From an uncultured delta proteobacterium (GTDB taxonomy: Bacteria; Desulfobacterota; Syntrophobacteria; Syntrophobacterales; Syntrophobacteraceae), in contig CAVWTD010000018.1 of assembly GCA_963757915.1 (NCBI GenBank), forward strand, positions 59,072-123,071: 64,000 bases of DNA, written 5' to 3'. Numbering within the stretch: position 1 is the first letter of the stretch; every line of letters begins with the position of its first letter. Below the pieces are notes generated by a model. The model was not told the origin of the DNA and made no database searches. It saw only the letters and a list, made by a program, of their open reading frames with translations. Shown here piece after piece: positions 48,507 through 57,813 of this stretch. Both the position numbers and the translations under genes were made by a program.

Positions 48507-49359
48507 TGCAGCTTTTCCTTTTTTTTATTTCCTGCATTCTGTTGAGCGAAACAGCAAGGTCATCGAGCGAAAAGACTTCAAGACAAAGACCCCCGTCGTA
48601 TTGTTCAAGGGCCTTGCAGATACCCCCCCATTGCGCCGGCGGAATGTGATCGAGGCCGGTGTGGTCTTTTCCGTTATCGACTCCATGCAGATGCACCACC
48701 GAGCTCATTTTAAGAAACGATGCCATCTGCTCTGTCACATCATGCCCGTATCGGAGCAGGTGGCCGATATCGAGGCAAAAGGACATATCAAAGGCCTGGG
48801 CAAAGGGAGAAATGCGCTGCAGGGTATATTCGAGGTTTTCCACAGCCACCCGCCGGAGTTCGATCCCCTTCATTTGCATGGTCTGGAGCGACTCGCCCAC
48901 GCGGTTGCTCCATGCCGATACGTCCGGTTCCACCGTCTCATCAGCCTTCCTGCTGTCCAGATGCAAAATGTAGGAAGTGGGGTCAAGGGGAAGAGTTCTC
49001 TCGTAAAAGGAGAAAGCCGTTTCGCAAAATTTCCTGCGCAAAGCCGGATCCGGGTCACCAAAAAACAGGTCTGCCGGCAGGTGCACGTTATAGGTAAAGT
49101 CCAAATCCGAAGCAATACAGGCCATCTCGCGGATCTCGCCCCGTGTGGGCAGATTGTTTTCCTGTCCGCTTTGGAAAAACACGAGTTCCACCTCATCAAA
49201 GTACCGGCCCAGGCATCGGATGTTAGGAAGAATCTCTGCGGGAAAGATATAGGAGGTCGTGGCAAGACGGAAAGGAAAACTTCGCTTGAGCGCCGGGGAA
49301 AAAATCTCTTCGATTTTTGAACTGAATAAGCCATCAGCAGGGCCGCTTTGCGCCTTCAT
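48493..49359 (-). CDS. Xylose-isomerase-like TIM-barrel protein embedded in the cobamide operon (CbiR-like candidate)
   Basis: The fold family is suggested by the pattern ...VELVFF...YNVHLP...LHLD...VENL...CLDIGH...HLHG. The start is uncertain (49455 or 49359). It overlaps cobT by 14 nt. Confidence 0.45.
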   Translation of the reverse strand: MKAQSGPADGLFSSKIEEIFSPALKRSFPFRLATTSYIFPAEILPNIRCLGRYFDEVELVFFQSGQENNLPTRGEIREMACIASDLDFTYNVHLPADLFFGDPDPALRRKFCETAFSFYERTLPLDPTSYILHLDSRKADETVEPDVSAWSNRVGESLQTMQMKGIELRRVAVENLEYTLQRISPFAQAFDMSFCLDIGHLLRYGHDVTEQMASFLKMSSVVHLHGVDNGKDHTGLDHIPPAQWGGICKALEQYDGGLCLEVFSLDDLAVSLNRMQEIKKRKSCNESW

Positions 49360-50923
49360 AGTTGCTGTAAACCTTTTTGGGGGATTCCCCCTGCTTTTTA
49401 TGGACGTGTTGCACGTGTTGGACGCAAATTCCCATAAACGTTTCCCGAAGTTCATCCATCAGCCTGGAAAGCAGTGCCTGAGTCCAATTTGCATCCGGCG
49501 GACAATTGAGCTTTTCCGCAAAATCCAGCAGCCTTTCGAAGATCTCCACCAGTTGATCGTTTACTGCCCGATAGGGATCGTTTTGCACAGACTCTTCCAC
49601 CCAATAAACAGGTGATGAAGGTTTTCCCATTTCCTTCAACAGGAAATGGCAGATCTTCTTCATAAGCCCGGCCAGCCATCCCACCCTGAAATCCTGGTAT
49701 AGCAGCTGCCCCTCGAACCCGAACAAGCCCCGTGGGAGGAGCATTTTCCGTTGAAGAGCGGTTTGGTAGCCGGGGGTCCCCTTAAACGCCACATGATCAT
49801 GATAGAGAAGGTTGGCGGTCCTCCCCAGACGGTCGACAAGCCTATTGCGCTGAAGAAACTTCAGGTTCTCGAGAATGTCATCGAGTGTACTGGCGGCATC
49901 GAACATGATAAAACCGATCTCCGGCTCCAGACCCGCCTCACGTACAGTCGCGATGGCCCGTTCGTTGCCGGCGATGCTCGTGCGCTTGCCAAGCCGCTTC
50001 AAAACATCCCGCCTGCCGCTTTCAATGCCCAGGAGCAGCCTGGTAAGCCCGGCTTCCACCAGTTCCCGCATAAGGCCATAAGTAAGGTCGTTCGCCCTTG
50101 TCTCCATACCGAAGGTGATTCCCAGATCCGCCAAGTGAGACGCGAGCTTAGCAGCGGCTTGTTTTCCTGCCTTGCCGGGGCCGACGAAATTGGGATCTAC
50201 GAAGTAGAAGTCTTTTTTCCCCAGGTAAACGAGTTCGGAGATCTCAGCGGCAACGTTTTGCGGCGAGCGTCCCCGCCACATGGTCTTCCCCTTGTCCAGA
50301 ACGGGGACCAGACAAAAAGAGCAGTGATTGTAGCATCCCCGGCTCGCCAGGATACTTACGGTTTGCTCCGAGTCCAGGGAAGGTCTCAGAGGAAACGCAA
50401 GCCTGTCCGGCGATTCGATCGGAGCCCGCATTCGGGGAAACGATGCTTTCCCATGGGACCTTAGAGCAACGCCTTCTACCTGTGCCTCGATTCCGGCCTC
50501 AATGCATCGCGCAAGATCCACGATGGTTTCTTCCGGTTCGCCAACTATCACGTAATCAACAGCAGCAGAGTAATCCAGTATCTCTTTCCATACAAGACCG
50601 GGGAAAAAACCATAAAGACAAATCGGCGCATCAAACCTGTGGCTACGCAGATCGGAAAGCATCTGAAAAAGGGACTCGGTTCCCTCCCAGGAATAGACTG
50701 CGTGAACTGCCAGAACATCCGGGGAGTGATTATCCACCAGACACTGCACAGTTTGCGCATACGTCCGGCGGGCTGCATCGACAATGTCCACATCGAAGCC
50801 CGCCCGTACCAGGCCTGCCCCGGCATAGCCCGTCATGAGACATGACCACAGAGGCGTATTAGCAATGTCGTTGAAGTGGGCTTCAGAAGCTTCCCGTGGA
50901 TGTTCAAGCAACAGGATGCGCAT
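49334..50923 (-). CDS. B12-binding-domain radical SAM protein (BzaD/BzaE-type candidate)
   Basis: The N-terminus is a B12-binding-like Rossmann domain. The radical SAM motif is SRGCYNHCSFCLVP. Confidence 0.7.
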   Translation of the reverse strand: MRILLLEHPREASEAHFNDIANTPLWSCLMTGYAGAGLVRAGFDVDIVDAARRTYAQTVQCLVDNHSPDVLAVHAVYSWEGTESLFQMLSDLRSHRFDAPICLYGFFPGLVWKEILDYSAAVDYVIVGEPEETIVDLARCIEAGIEAQVEGVALRSHGKASFPRMRAPIESPDRLAFPLRPSLDSEQTVSILASRGCYNHCSFCLVPVLDKGKTMWRGRSPQNVAAEISELVYLGKKDFYFVDPNFVGPGKAGKQAAAKLASHLADLGITFGMETRANDLTYGLMRELVEAGLTRLLLGIESGRRDVLKRLGKRTSIAGNERAIATVREAGLEPEIGFIMFDAASTLDDILENLKFLQRNRLVDRLGRTANLLYHDHVAFKGTPGYQTALQRKMLLPRGLFGFEGQLLYQDFRVGWLAGLMKKICHFLLKEMGKPSSPVYWVEESVQNDPYRAVNDQLVEIFERLLDFAEKLNCPPDANWTQALLSRLMDELRETFMGICVQHVQHVHKKQGESPKKVYSNYEGAKRPC

Positions 50924-50933
50924 GAGTGGTTCA

Positions 50934-52292
50934 CTATTCACCTTTGACAGCACCAAGATAACTCTGGGCGCCCCGGCTCATACAAAATGCCCCCAATTCA
51001 TGGCGCAGATTGTCCCATGGCGGCGGGTTAAAATAAACCGGGTAAAGGAGGTCCAGCCCGGGATCGATGAGGCGGTCCCGTAGAATTTTTTCCGTAAGGG
51101 GTGTCCCCGGATATAGTCTGAGATTATTGATGACTACGGCCCCCAGATTTCCTTTTGAAGCATGAAGCGAAAACAGCTTGTCGAGCAATCTGTAAGTCTG
51201 CTCGACCGATCCAGGGGTCTCTCCGGGCAGATTCACGAGGAAATGATATACGCTGATAATCCCGCTTTGGGCAGCCAGCTTTGCGGCATGGAGCACCTGC
51301 TCCAGGGTCAGGTTTTTCCCAAGAAGTTTCAGCGTGTAGTCTGAAGCCCCATCGGCGGAAAAGTACAGAGTAAGAAGACCCGCCTTACTGTAGAGGTCCA
51401 GTTCTTTTTCCGAAAGAGTGTCTTCACGGAAAAACCCCGTCCAGCCAATCTCTAATCCGCGCCTCAAGATTTCCTTGCAGATGGCCCTGAGATGGTCCTG
51501 CGGCTGGTTGACTACAGCATCGGTAAAATGGACGCTGCGAATGCCAAAATCGCGCTGAAGCGTTTCGAGTTCATCCACTATGCGCTCGGGGGACCGAAGA
51601 CGCAGGCGGCGGCCCTGGAGCACCGGATAGAGGCAGTAGCGGCAGTTGTTCGGACATCCGCGCTTGGTTTCGACCCCCATAAAAGCCACATATCGATTCC
51701 GATTTTGATAATACGCGGGCGCAAATGCGCGCCAGTCGGGCAGCGGCAGGGAGTCGAGATCCCGGCAATAGACAATTTGCGCGTTGTTTGCCGTGCAAAC
51801 CCCACCGCCCCTCCGCCGAAGGCCAATCTCTACGCTCCGCGAGGCGGGTCCCGGTTCCCAAGCCCCATCTGTTCTCCACAAAGCGCCGGGGACCGCACCG
51901 GGTGATCCAAGGTTTTGAAGGAGCAAGGGAAATGCGGCCTCGGCTTCGCCCGACACAGCGACGTCAACTTCGGGAACCTCCTCCATGAGGCGCCGGGCAA
52001 AGAGCGTAAAAGCAGATCCACCGAGCACGACGGCAGCTTCGGGAGCGTGTTGCCTGATGAGAATTCCAAGGGTCTTGAGATGGGGAACGAAAGAGATAAG
52101 ATTTCCTGCCAGCGGGTCGAGGTTCCGAAAGGAAATACCGACCACATCAGGTCTGAACGCATCCAGTGTGCGCACCAGGCCGGGCCACGGAAAAGGATCG
52201 AGGTTAAGGTCCAGGCCCCGGACCTCGTGCTCACGGCCGATCGCCGCCGCCAATCCTGGCGAGACCGAGGGGAAAAACCATCTCAGCCGCAA
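50934..52292 (-). CDS. B12-binding-domain radical SAM protein (BzaD/BzaE-type candidate)
   Basis: The radical SAM motif is TKRGCPNNCRYCLYP, after a B12-binding-like N-terminal domain. The gene directly abuts the upstream methyltransferase stop. Confidence 0.7.
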   Translation of the reverse strand: MRLRWFFPSVSPGLAAAIGREHEVRGLDLNLDPFPWPGLVRTLDAFRPDVVGISFRNLDPLAGNLISFVPHLKTLGILIRQHAPEAAVVLGGSAFTLFARRLMEEVPEVDVAVSGEAEAAFPLLLQNLGSPGAVPGALWRTDGAWEPGPASRSVEIGLRRRGGGVCTANNAQIVYCRDLDSLPLPDWRAFAPAYYQNRNRYVAFMGVETKRGCPNNCRYCLYPVLQGRRLRLRSPERIVDELETLQRDFGIRSVHFTDAVVNQPQDHLRAICKEILRRGLEIGWTGFFREDTLSEKELDLYSKAGLLTLYFSADGASDYTLKLLGKNLTLEQVLHAAKLAAQSGIISVYHFLVNLPGETPGSVEQTYRLLDKLFSLHASKGNLGAVVINNLRLYPGTPLTEKILRDRLIDPGLDLLYPVYFNPPPWDNLRHELGAFCMSRGAQSYLGAVKGE

Positions 52293-53928
52293 TCATGCGT
52301 CGAGACTGCCTGGACCAGCAGGACTCGCATGGTTTCCTTTCTTATCAAAAAGCACCAGTCCCACATACTTTACGTAGCCTTGCGGATGTGAAACCGGGCT
52401 GAGGGAAAGACCGGCATTGTGGGCAGTCCGGTAGACGTCCACGCCGCAAGCCTCCAGGGACGGGCGCGCCTTTTCCGGAAAACGGCAGCGACCGTCTTCC
52501 GGGCACGTGGGACAAACCGGACACGGGCCCGCCCCGAAAGCCAGCGCCTCGGCATAGCCCGCCAGGAAAACGGCCCGTTCAAGGGCCAGGAGCTGTTCAT
52601 GAAACAAATGGGACGGCGGAGTGCCCTGAACCAGCAGAGCATGCCGATATCCGGAGATTAAGGCGCCCATTTCTTTCTCATCGGGAGAGGCGGGCGGACA
52701 GCAAAGCGAGTGGCCATAGCGCGGACAGCCGAACCGGCATTTTAGACGCACCCAGTGCTCGATCGCAATCTCGCCGGCCTCTATGATGCGGGCAAAAGAA
52801 AATCCTGACCGCTTTGCCTGAGCAGCCAGCATCTCAGGACGAGAAACATGCCGATTTTCGTGCGGGTACTCATGTTTGGCCAAAAACAGTGACGTATCGC
52901 TTTGAAGGTGAAAAAACCCGACGTTTTTCAGCCCCGCCCCATTGAGCAAGGCGAGCATTTCTTCCAGCCTGTAAACGCGGCCGTTATAGGTGTTTATAAG
53001 CATGTGGAGGTCATAGAGCGCTCCCTTTACCGGGTCGACATCGTGCAGATCGCTAAGGTAGTCATGCACAAGGATAGTCCCTCCGGGAGCCAGACAGGCT
53101 GCAAAATTTTTGAGAATGTCTGCGGCCTCCAGGGGGCCATAGGCATGGATGATGTTGGAAAGCAGAATCAGATCGAAGTGTTTTCCCCCGATACATGGCG
53201 CCAGAACAGTGCCGGCAACGGTTTGAATCCCTTCCCATGCTTTGGGGTCCGGGTAGAGTTTACGCGCGGCCCAAATGGTATCGGGAAGCTCGAAAAGCAC
53301 CGTGCGAAGGTCCGGCCATTGTCTTCGCAAAGCACGGCACCAGGCGCCGGCGCCGCCGCCCACATCGAGAAGTTGGCGCGGCGCCGGCCCAAACATGTCC
53401 TTGAGATATTCAAGAGACTCGGCAGACTTGAGCCGGGCCTGAAGGTCCAGTGCTCTTACGTACGCCAGGGTCCGCTCGCTGTACAGCTCCGGAGATTCAT
53501 CCACAGAGCGCTCATTGGCGCGGGCTCCACCGCGTATTCTTGGTCCGAGCCTTTGCCAGTGAGAGCTCAGGTAACGCCGATAGAGGAGGAAATCCCCCAA
53601 ATAGGCGCCATTTGCAGGCGTCAGGCAGCGGGCAGCAAGAGGACCGTTGGAAAACACTTCTTCATACTCGACGATAAGGCCCAAAGCAACGAGGGAACGT
53701 CAGAAACCGTGACAGCGCGCCGGCATCGTATCCGGTTTGCGCCGCAAGTTGATCTACCGTAGCGGGACAATCCGCGAGGAGTCCAAAAATATTCAATTCC
53801 AGAGCCGTGAAAAGAACCTCGGAGTACCAGTATGCCGTTGCCAGATCTTCCAGCCGCTGGAAGCCTTCGGAAGCAATATCAGCTTTTTGGTGTTGCAGCT
53901 TCATATTCGGCGGTCTCTTAAAGTCCAA
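52293..53928 (-). CDS. O-methyltransferase-like domain fused to DUF2284 (Cys-rich metal-binding); BzaC-like; apparent frameshift near 53690-53700
   Basis: The N-terminal dimerisation/wHTH part is ORF 53662..53928. SLVALGLIVEYEE continues in the adjacent frame. The SAM motif is LLDVGGGAGAW. The C-terminal half has CRFGCPRYGHSLCCPP and CPVCPTCPEDGRC. Confidence 0.65.
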
Positions 53929-53987
53929 CAGGACCTATTGGACCCATATAAATGCCCCCTGCCCCGTGTTTTAGAAATGAGCACCTG

Positions 53988-55299
53988 CTACATTTTATTT
54001 GTTCCCTTGAGCAGATGGCCGAAAAGGTCATAGGAACCTTTGTTGGCGCAGAAATCCCCACACATGGTGCATACCTTTTGGTCATGGGGGGAACGACTAT
54101 CGCGGATGGCTTTGGCCTTCTCGGGAAAAAAGCCATGCGTGAACTGCCCGTCCCAATCGAGGTCCCTGCGCGCCTTGCTCATGGCCATGTCCCTGGCCCT
54201 CATCCGGTCGGGATACTTGGCGGTATCTCCGATATATGCCCCGAGGCGGGCCACCCGGACACCTTCTATGACATCTTCTTCATTTGGCAGGGCAAGGTGT
54301 TCCGCCGGAGTGATATAGCAGATCAGGTCCGCTCCATAGCGCGCGCTGTGCGCCGCTCCAATGGCCGCCGCCACATGGTCGTAGCCGGCCATCACGTCCG
54401 TTGGAATCGGCCCGAGCATGTAGTAGGGGGCGTTGTTGCTCATCCGTTTTTGCAGAATGATATTTGCTTCGATTTCGTCAATCGGTACGTGTCCCGGACC
54501 TTCCACCATCATTTGACAGCCCATATTGCGGCCGATCTCAGCCAGTTCGCAGTTGATGAGAAGCTCCTGGACCATGGCGCGGTCGAAGGAATCCCAAATC
54601 GCTCCCGATCTCAATCCGTTGCCAAGGGAGAGGACTACGTCATATTTTTTTAGAATCTCCACCACACGGTCGAACTTGGCGTAGAGAGGGTTTTCCCGTT
54701 TGTTCTTCCGCATCCAGGCCACCATGGAGGTGCCGCCTTTGCTCACCAGCCCTCCATAGCGGTATCCCTGCCGCTCGAGTCGTTCGATTGTGTAAAGATT
54801 GATCCCGCAGTGGATTGCCATAAAGGAGATCCCGTCTGCGCACTGTTTCTCGATGAGATCGAAAAGCAGTTCTTCATCGAGCTTGTTTGGGTCTCCGTAA
54901 CGGCGCGTGGCCTCACAAAAGGCCTGGTAAAGGGGCACGTTTCCTACCGGAAGAGTAACGGCCGCCAGGACTTCCCGGCGAACCTTATCGAGGTCCCCGC
55001 CAACGGAAAGCTCCATGAGCGTGTCGGCCCCGGCTGCCTCAGCAGCCCGGGCTTTCCGAACTTCGGCCTCGATATCCACGATGTCCGTGGATGTGCCAAT
55101 GCTGGCATTGACTTTTGAGCGAAGTCCCATTCCGATGCCCACGATTCGGCCGGGACGGTTAGCATTTAGCGGGACCACGATCTGGCCTTCGGCGATCCTC
55201 TGGCGAATTAATTCCGGCTCCAGTCCTTCCTGAGACGCGACCTCCCGCATAACTTCAGTAAGAATTCCCTTTGTTGCCTGTTCGACTTGCGTAGCCATG
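53988..55299 (-). CDS. ThiC-family radical SAM enzyme, probably 5-hydroxybenzimidazole synthase (BzaF-type) rather than thiamine ThiC
   Basis: ThiC-like throughout, including the C-terminal CTMCGDFCA cluster motif. GGGAG lies 7 nt upstream of the ATG at 55299. A cobalamin-type leader, not a TPP-type leader, precedes it, and bzaC/D/E-like genes and cobT follow. Confidence 0.7.
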
Positions 55300-55439
55300 G
55301 TTTGTCTCCCAGCTTTATCCCCGCATCTGTCGTCATGGATGCCCGGGAACGTTTTGTTTAGCGCAAGGGACAAAAAAAAATCCCCAAGCGCACACTATCA
55401 CGCGCCGTGAGGATTTACCATCTCCCCAGGTGCACACCG

Positions 55440-55600
55440 AATGTTAGGTCTTCTGACTCTCGGATCGTCCTACAAGCCGCGCCTTCCCGTCCAATTGAAA
55501 AAGGGCAGTGGCTTCGTGCGGCGTTCGTCCCCGATTACAGCGGCGGGTCCGTACCGGAATTTCACCGGGTTTCCCTTTTATGGCCCAGAGGGGCCAACAC
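55440..55600 (-). promoter_or_regulatory. Cobalamin riboswitch (leader of the ThiC-paralog operon)
   Basis: The minus strand reads ...GGGAAACCCGGTGAAATTCCGG.ACGGACCCGCCGCTGTAATCGGGGA...GCCACTG...GGGAAGGC...AGTCAGAAGACCT, the last being B12-box-like. A T9 run lies at 55372-55380 before the coding region. Confidence 0.75.
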
Positions 55601-55727
55601 TCGGATGCCAAACCTGCTTAGCGTGCCTTATAGAAGAATCTCTCCGTCTTGTCAATTATAAAATACACAGGATTCTCCCAATGGCCGGCCCGCTGTAAAT
55701 CCCGGAGAGAAACCCCTTTTAGTTAAT

Positions 55728-56114
55728 TTATTCCGTAGCTAGATTGCTTTTTGCAGTAAAGAACACTTCTTTTGAGTCTTTAAATCTTGCACTCACAATA
55801 TCACCTTTGACACGTTTATTTATGAAAATGTCTTTGTCTGTCGGGATGACGAAACATCGTTTGTCTCTTATTAAATGATCTATTGTGTCGAAATCACTCC
55901 GGCTATTAGCCAATATTGCAGTCTCTGCATCACTAATTTCCAGGCATCCGATAGAGTTAAGCTTTGCATAATGTTTACCTCTGAGTTCAGTTACGTTTTG
56001 TTGTGTGTTCTCCTCTAATTGTTTTCCCTGATCTGGAAAATAATCACTAAGTGCAACACAGCCTGATATAACACAACTTGCTACAGCCAAAAGTATGCAT
56101 AGACGCTTTCTCAT
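55728..56114 (-). CDS. Small lipoprotein, hypothetical, in an AT-rich insert
   Basis: The lipobox signal is MRKRLCILLAVASCVISGC. The gene and its flanks are visibly more AT-rich than the neighbours. Confidence 0.6.
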   Translation of the reverse strand: MRKRLCILLAVASCVISGCVALSDYFPDQGKQLEENTQQNVTELRGKHYAKLNSIGCLEISDAETAILANSRSDFDTIDHLIRDKRCFVIPTDKDIFINKRVKGDIVSARFKDSKEVFFTAKSNLATE

Positions 56115-56134
56115 TTTAACCCCTCTTTAAGAGC

Positions 56135-56902
56135 TTAATTATTAATTATTTTGAATTTCCGCCACGGGTCCAATAAGTTATGAATTTCAAACCCCTGTAT
56201 GTACAAGCAGGATGGACAGGTAATCCGCCTCCTGTTTTTGCAGCGCAGTTTGCGCAGGTCGGCCTCGACCTGCTGGCCCTCGAGCCCGGCTCGCGCCACA
56301 TATACCGCGCGGTCCAGAAGACCGGCCTGTTCAATGAAATCAACGACCTTGCCGAGTCGCCTGCCAAGCTTCATCAGGATTACCGTCCCTGTCCCGGTAA
56401 GCGCCTCTCCGATTACATCGAGATCATCGGAAGCAGGGATAATGACCACCCGTTCCTTGCCTTCACCTATGGGAAATTCAGCCAAAGCGGCAGCGGCGCT
56501 AAAAGCCGTGATTCCCGGAACGGTGACCACATCGAGTCCGGGAAGTTGTTCGCGCAAAGATCTGACGAGATATATGTAGGTGGAATAAAGGAGAGGATCA
56601 CCGAGAGTCAGGAAGCAGGCATCCTCGCCCATGCCGACCACATCCGAAACACTTCGAGCTGCTTGCGCCCAGTGCCGCGACAGCTCCCCGCTGTCGGCGC
56701 TCATCGGGAAGACCAGTTCGTGGATCCGAGAATCGGCTCTCAGGTACGGGCCGGCAATGCCAAGAGCGATGCTCCCGTTCTCGCTCCTTGCCTTTGGAGC
56801 GAAAACATGCCGGCACCCTTGAAGGATTCTCGCCCCTTTCAAGGTCATCAAGTCGGGATCGCCGGGCCCAACTCCTATTCCATAAAGGACTCCGAATTTC
56901 AT
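56135..56902 (-). CDS. cbiL: Cobalt-factor II / precorrin-2 C20-methyltransferase
   Basis: The N-terminus is LYGIGVGPGDPDLMTLKG, and the fold is tetrapyrrole-methylase-like. Length is 255 aa. Confidence 0.85.
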   Translation of the reverse strand: MKFGVLYGIGVGPGDPDLMTLKGARILQGCRHVFAPKARSENGSIALGIAGPYLRADSRIHELVFPMSADSGELSRHWAQAARSVSDVVGMGEDACFLTLGDPLLYSTYIYLVRSLREQLPGLDVVTVPGITAFSAAAALAEFPIGEGKERVVIIPASDDLDVIGEALTGTGTVILMKLGRRLGKVVDFIEQAGLLDRAVYVARAGLEGQQVEADLRKLRCKNRRRITCPSCLYIQGFEIHNLLDPWRKFKIINN

Positions 56903-56937
56903 GACGATTTTTTCCCGGCCGGGAACAAAAGCTTCTC

Positions 56938-57813
56938 CTATATTCGTTCGATACGCTTGACGATAAGCTCTTCGGGTATCAGTTCCATGAGGCGCTTTCG
57001 CGCCTCCCCGACCGTCAGCGGCAGACCATTAATCGGCACTCCGTCATAGCGTTTCATTTCGTGCAGCAGGGTGGAGACATAGGGCAAACGCAGCCCGGCT
57101 TTATCAAGCATATCATAATCGCCAAACACCTCTTCAGCCGGCCCATGGCTTAGGACCCGTCCCCTGTTCAGCACATAGATCCGATCTGCAAAAAGAGGCA
57201 GCATGTCAACAAGGTGGGTTGCGAGAATTACCGTAATCCCCTGCTGGCGATTGAGCCAGTTCAGGAGCCGCATCATCGTTTGTTCCCCGGCAGGGTCCAA
57301 CCCGGAGGTGGGTTCATCAAGGATCAAAATCGCGGGCTTCATGGCAAGCACGCCGGCCATGGCGACCCGCTTTTGCTCTCCAAAGCTCAAATGATGGATG
57401 GCTCTATGCCGCAAATCAGAGGCCACGACTGATTCAAGCGCCTCAGAAACCCGCCGTTCGACCTCCGGCTCGGGCAGGTCCAGATTCCTTGGGCCGAAGG
57501 CCACATCTTCCTCAACCGTGGCTGCGAAAAGCTGATCGTTTGGATTCTGAAAAACCAGCCCAATGCGCTGATAGAGCTCTCTGGGCGGAGTGCCGCAGAT
57601 CTCGTGTCCCGCAATGCGAACCTGTCCTTTCTGTGGCTTTAAAAGGCCGACAAGCACCTTTATGAGAGTCGTCTTTCCCGAGCCGTTCGAGGCAAGCATT
57701 GCCACAAACTCGCCCTGTCTGACCTGAAAGTCCACTTCCGTAAGCGCCTGGGTTCCTTCCTGATAGGTGAAACATACACCTGAAGCCTCAACGGCCATAG
57801 GAACTTCTTTCAT
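56938..57813 (-). CDS. cbiO: Cobalt ECF/ABC transporter ATP-binding protein
   Basis: Walker A is ASNGSGKTT, the signature motif is LSFGEQKRV and Walker B is ILILDEPTSGLD. There is an ATGA overlap with the cbiQ stop. Confidence 0.9.
   Translation of the reverse strand: MKEVPMAVEASGVCFTYQEGTQALTEVDFQVRQGEFVAMLASNGSGKTTLIKVLVGLLKPQKGQVRIAGHEICGTPPRELYQRIGLVFQNPNDQLFAATVEEDVAFGPRNLDLPEPEVERRVSEALESVVASDLRHRAIHHLSFGEQKRVAMAGVLAMKPAILILDEPTSGLDPAGEQTMMRLLNWLNRQQGITVILATHLVDMLPLFADRIYVLNRGRVLSHGPAEEVFGDYDMLDKAGLRLPYVSTLLHEMKRYDGVPINGLPLTVGEARKRLMELIPEELIVKRIERI

Noticed and set aside
52902-53762. 286-aa plus-strand ORF, plus 25923..26669 and 49751..50464 on the plus strand
   Set aside because: These are antisense to the BzaC-like, cbiC and radical SAM genes respectively, with no motifs of their own.
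53988-55373. Calling this gene thiamine-pathway thiC
   Set aside because: The leader carries cobalamin-riboswitch signatures rather than the TPP-riboswitch CUGAGA / ACCUGAUCUGGAUAAUGCCAGCG-type motifs. The operon partners are bza-like genes and cobT.
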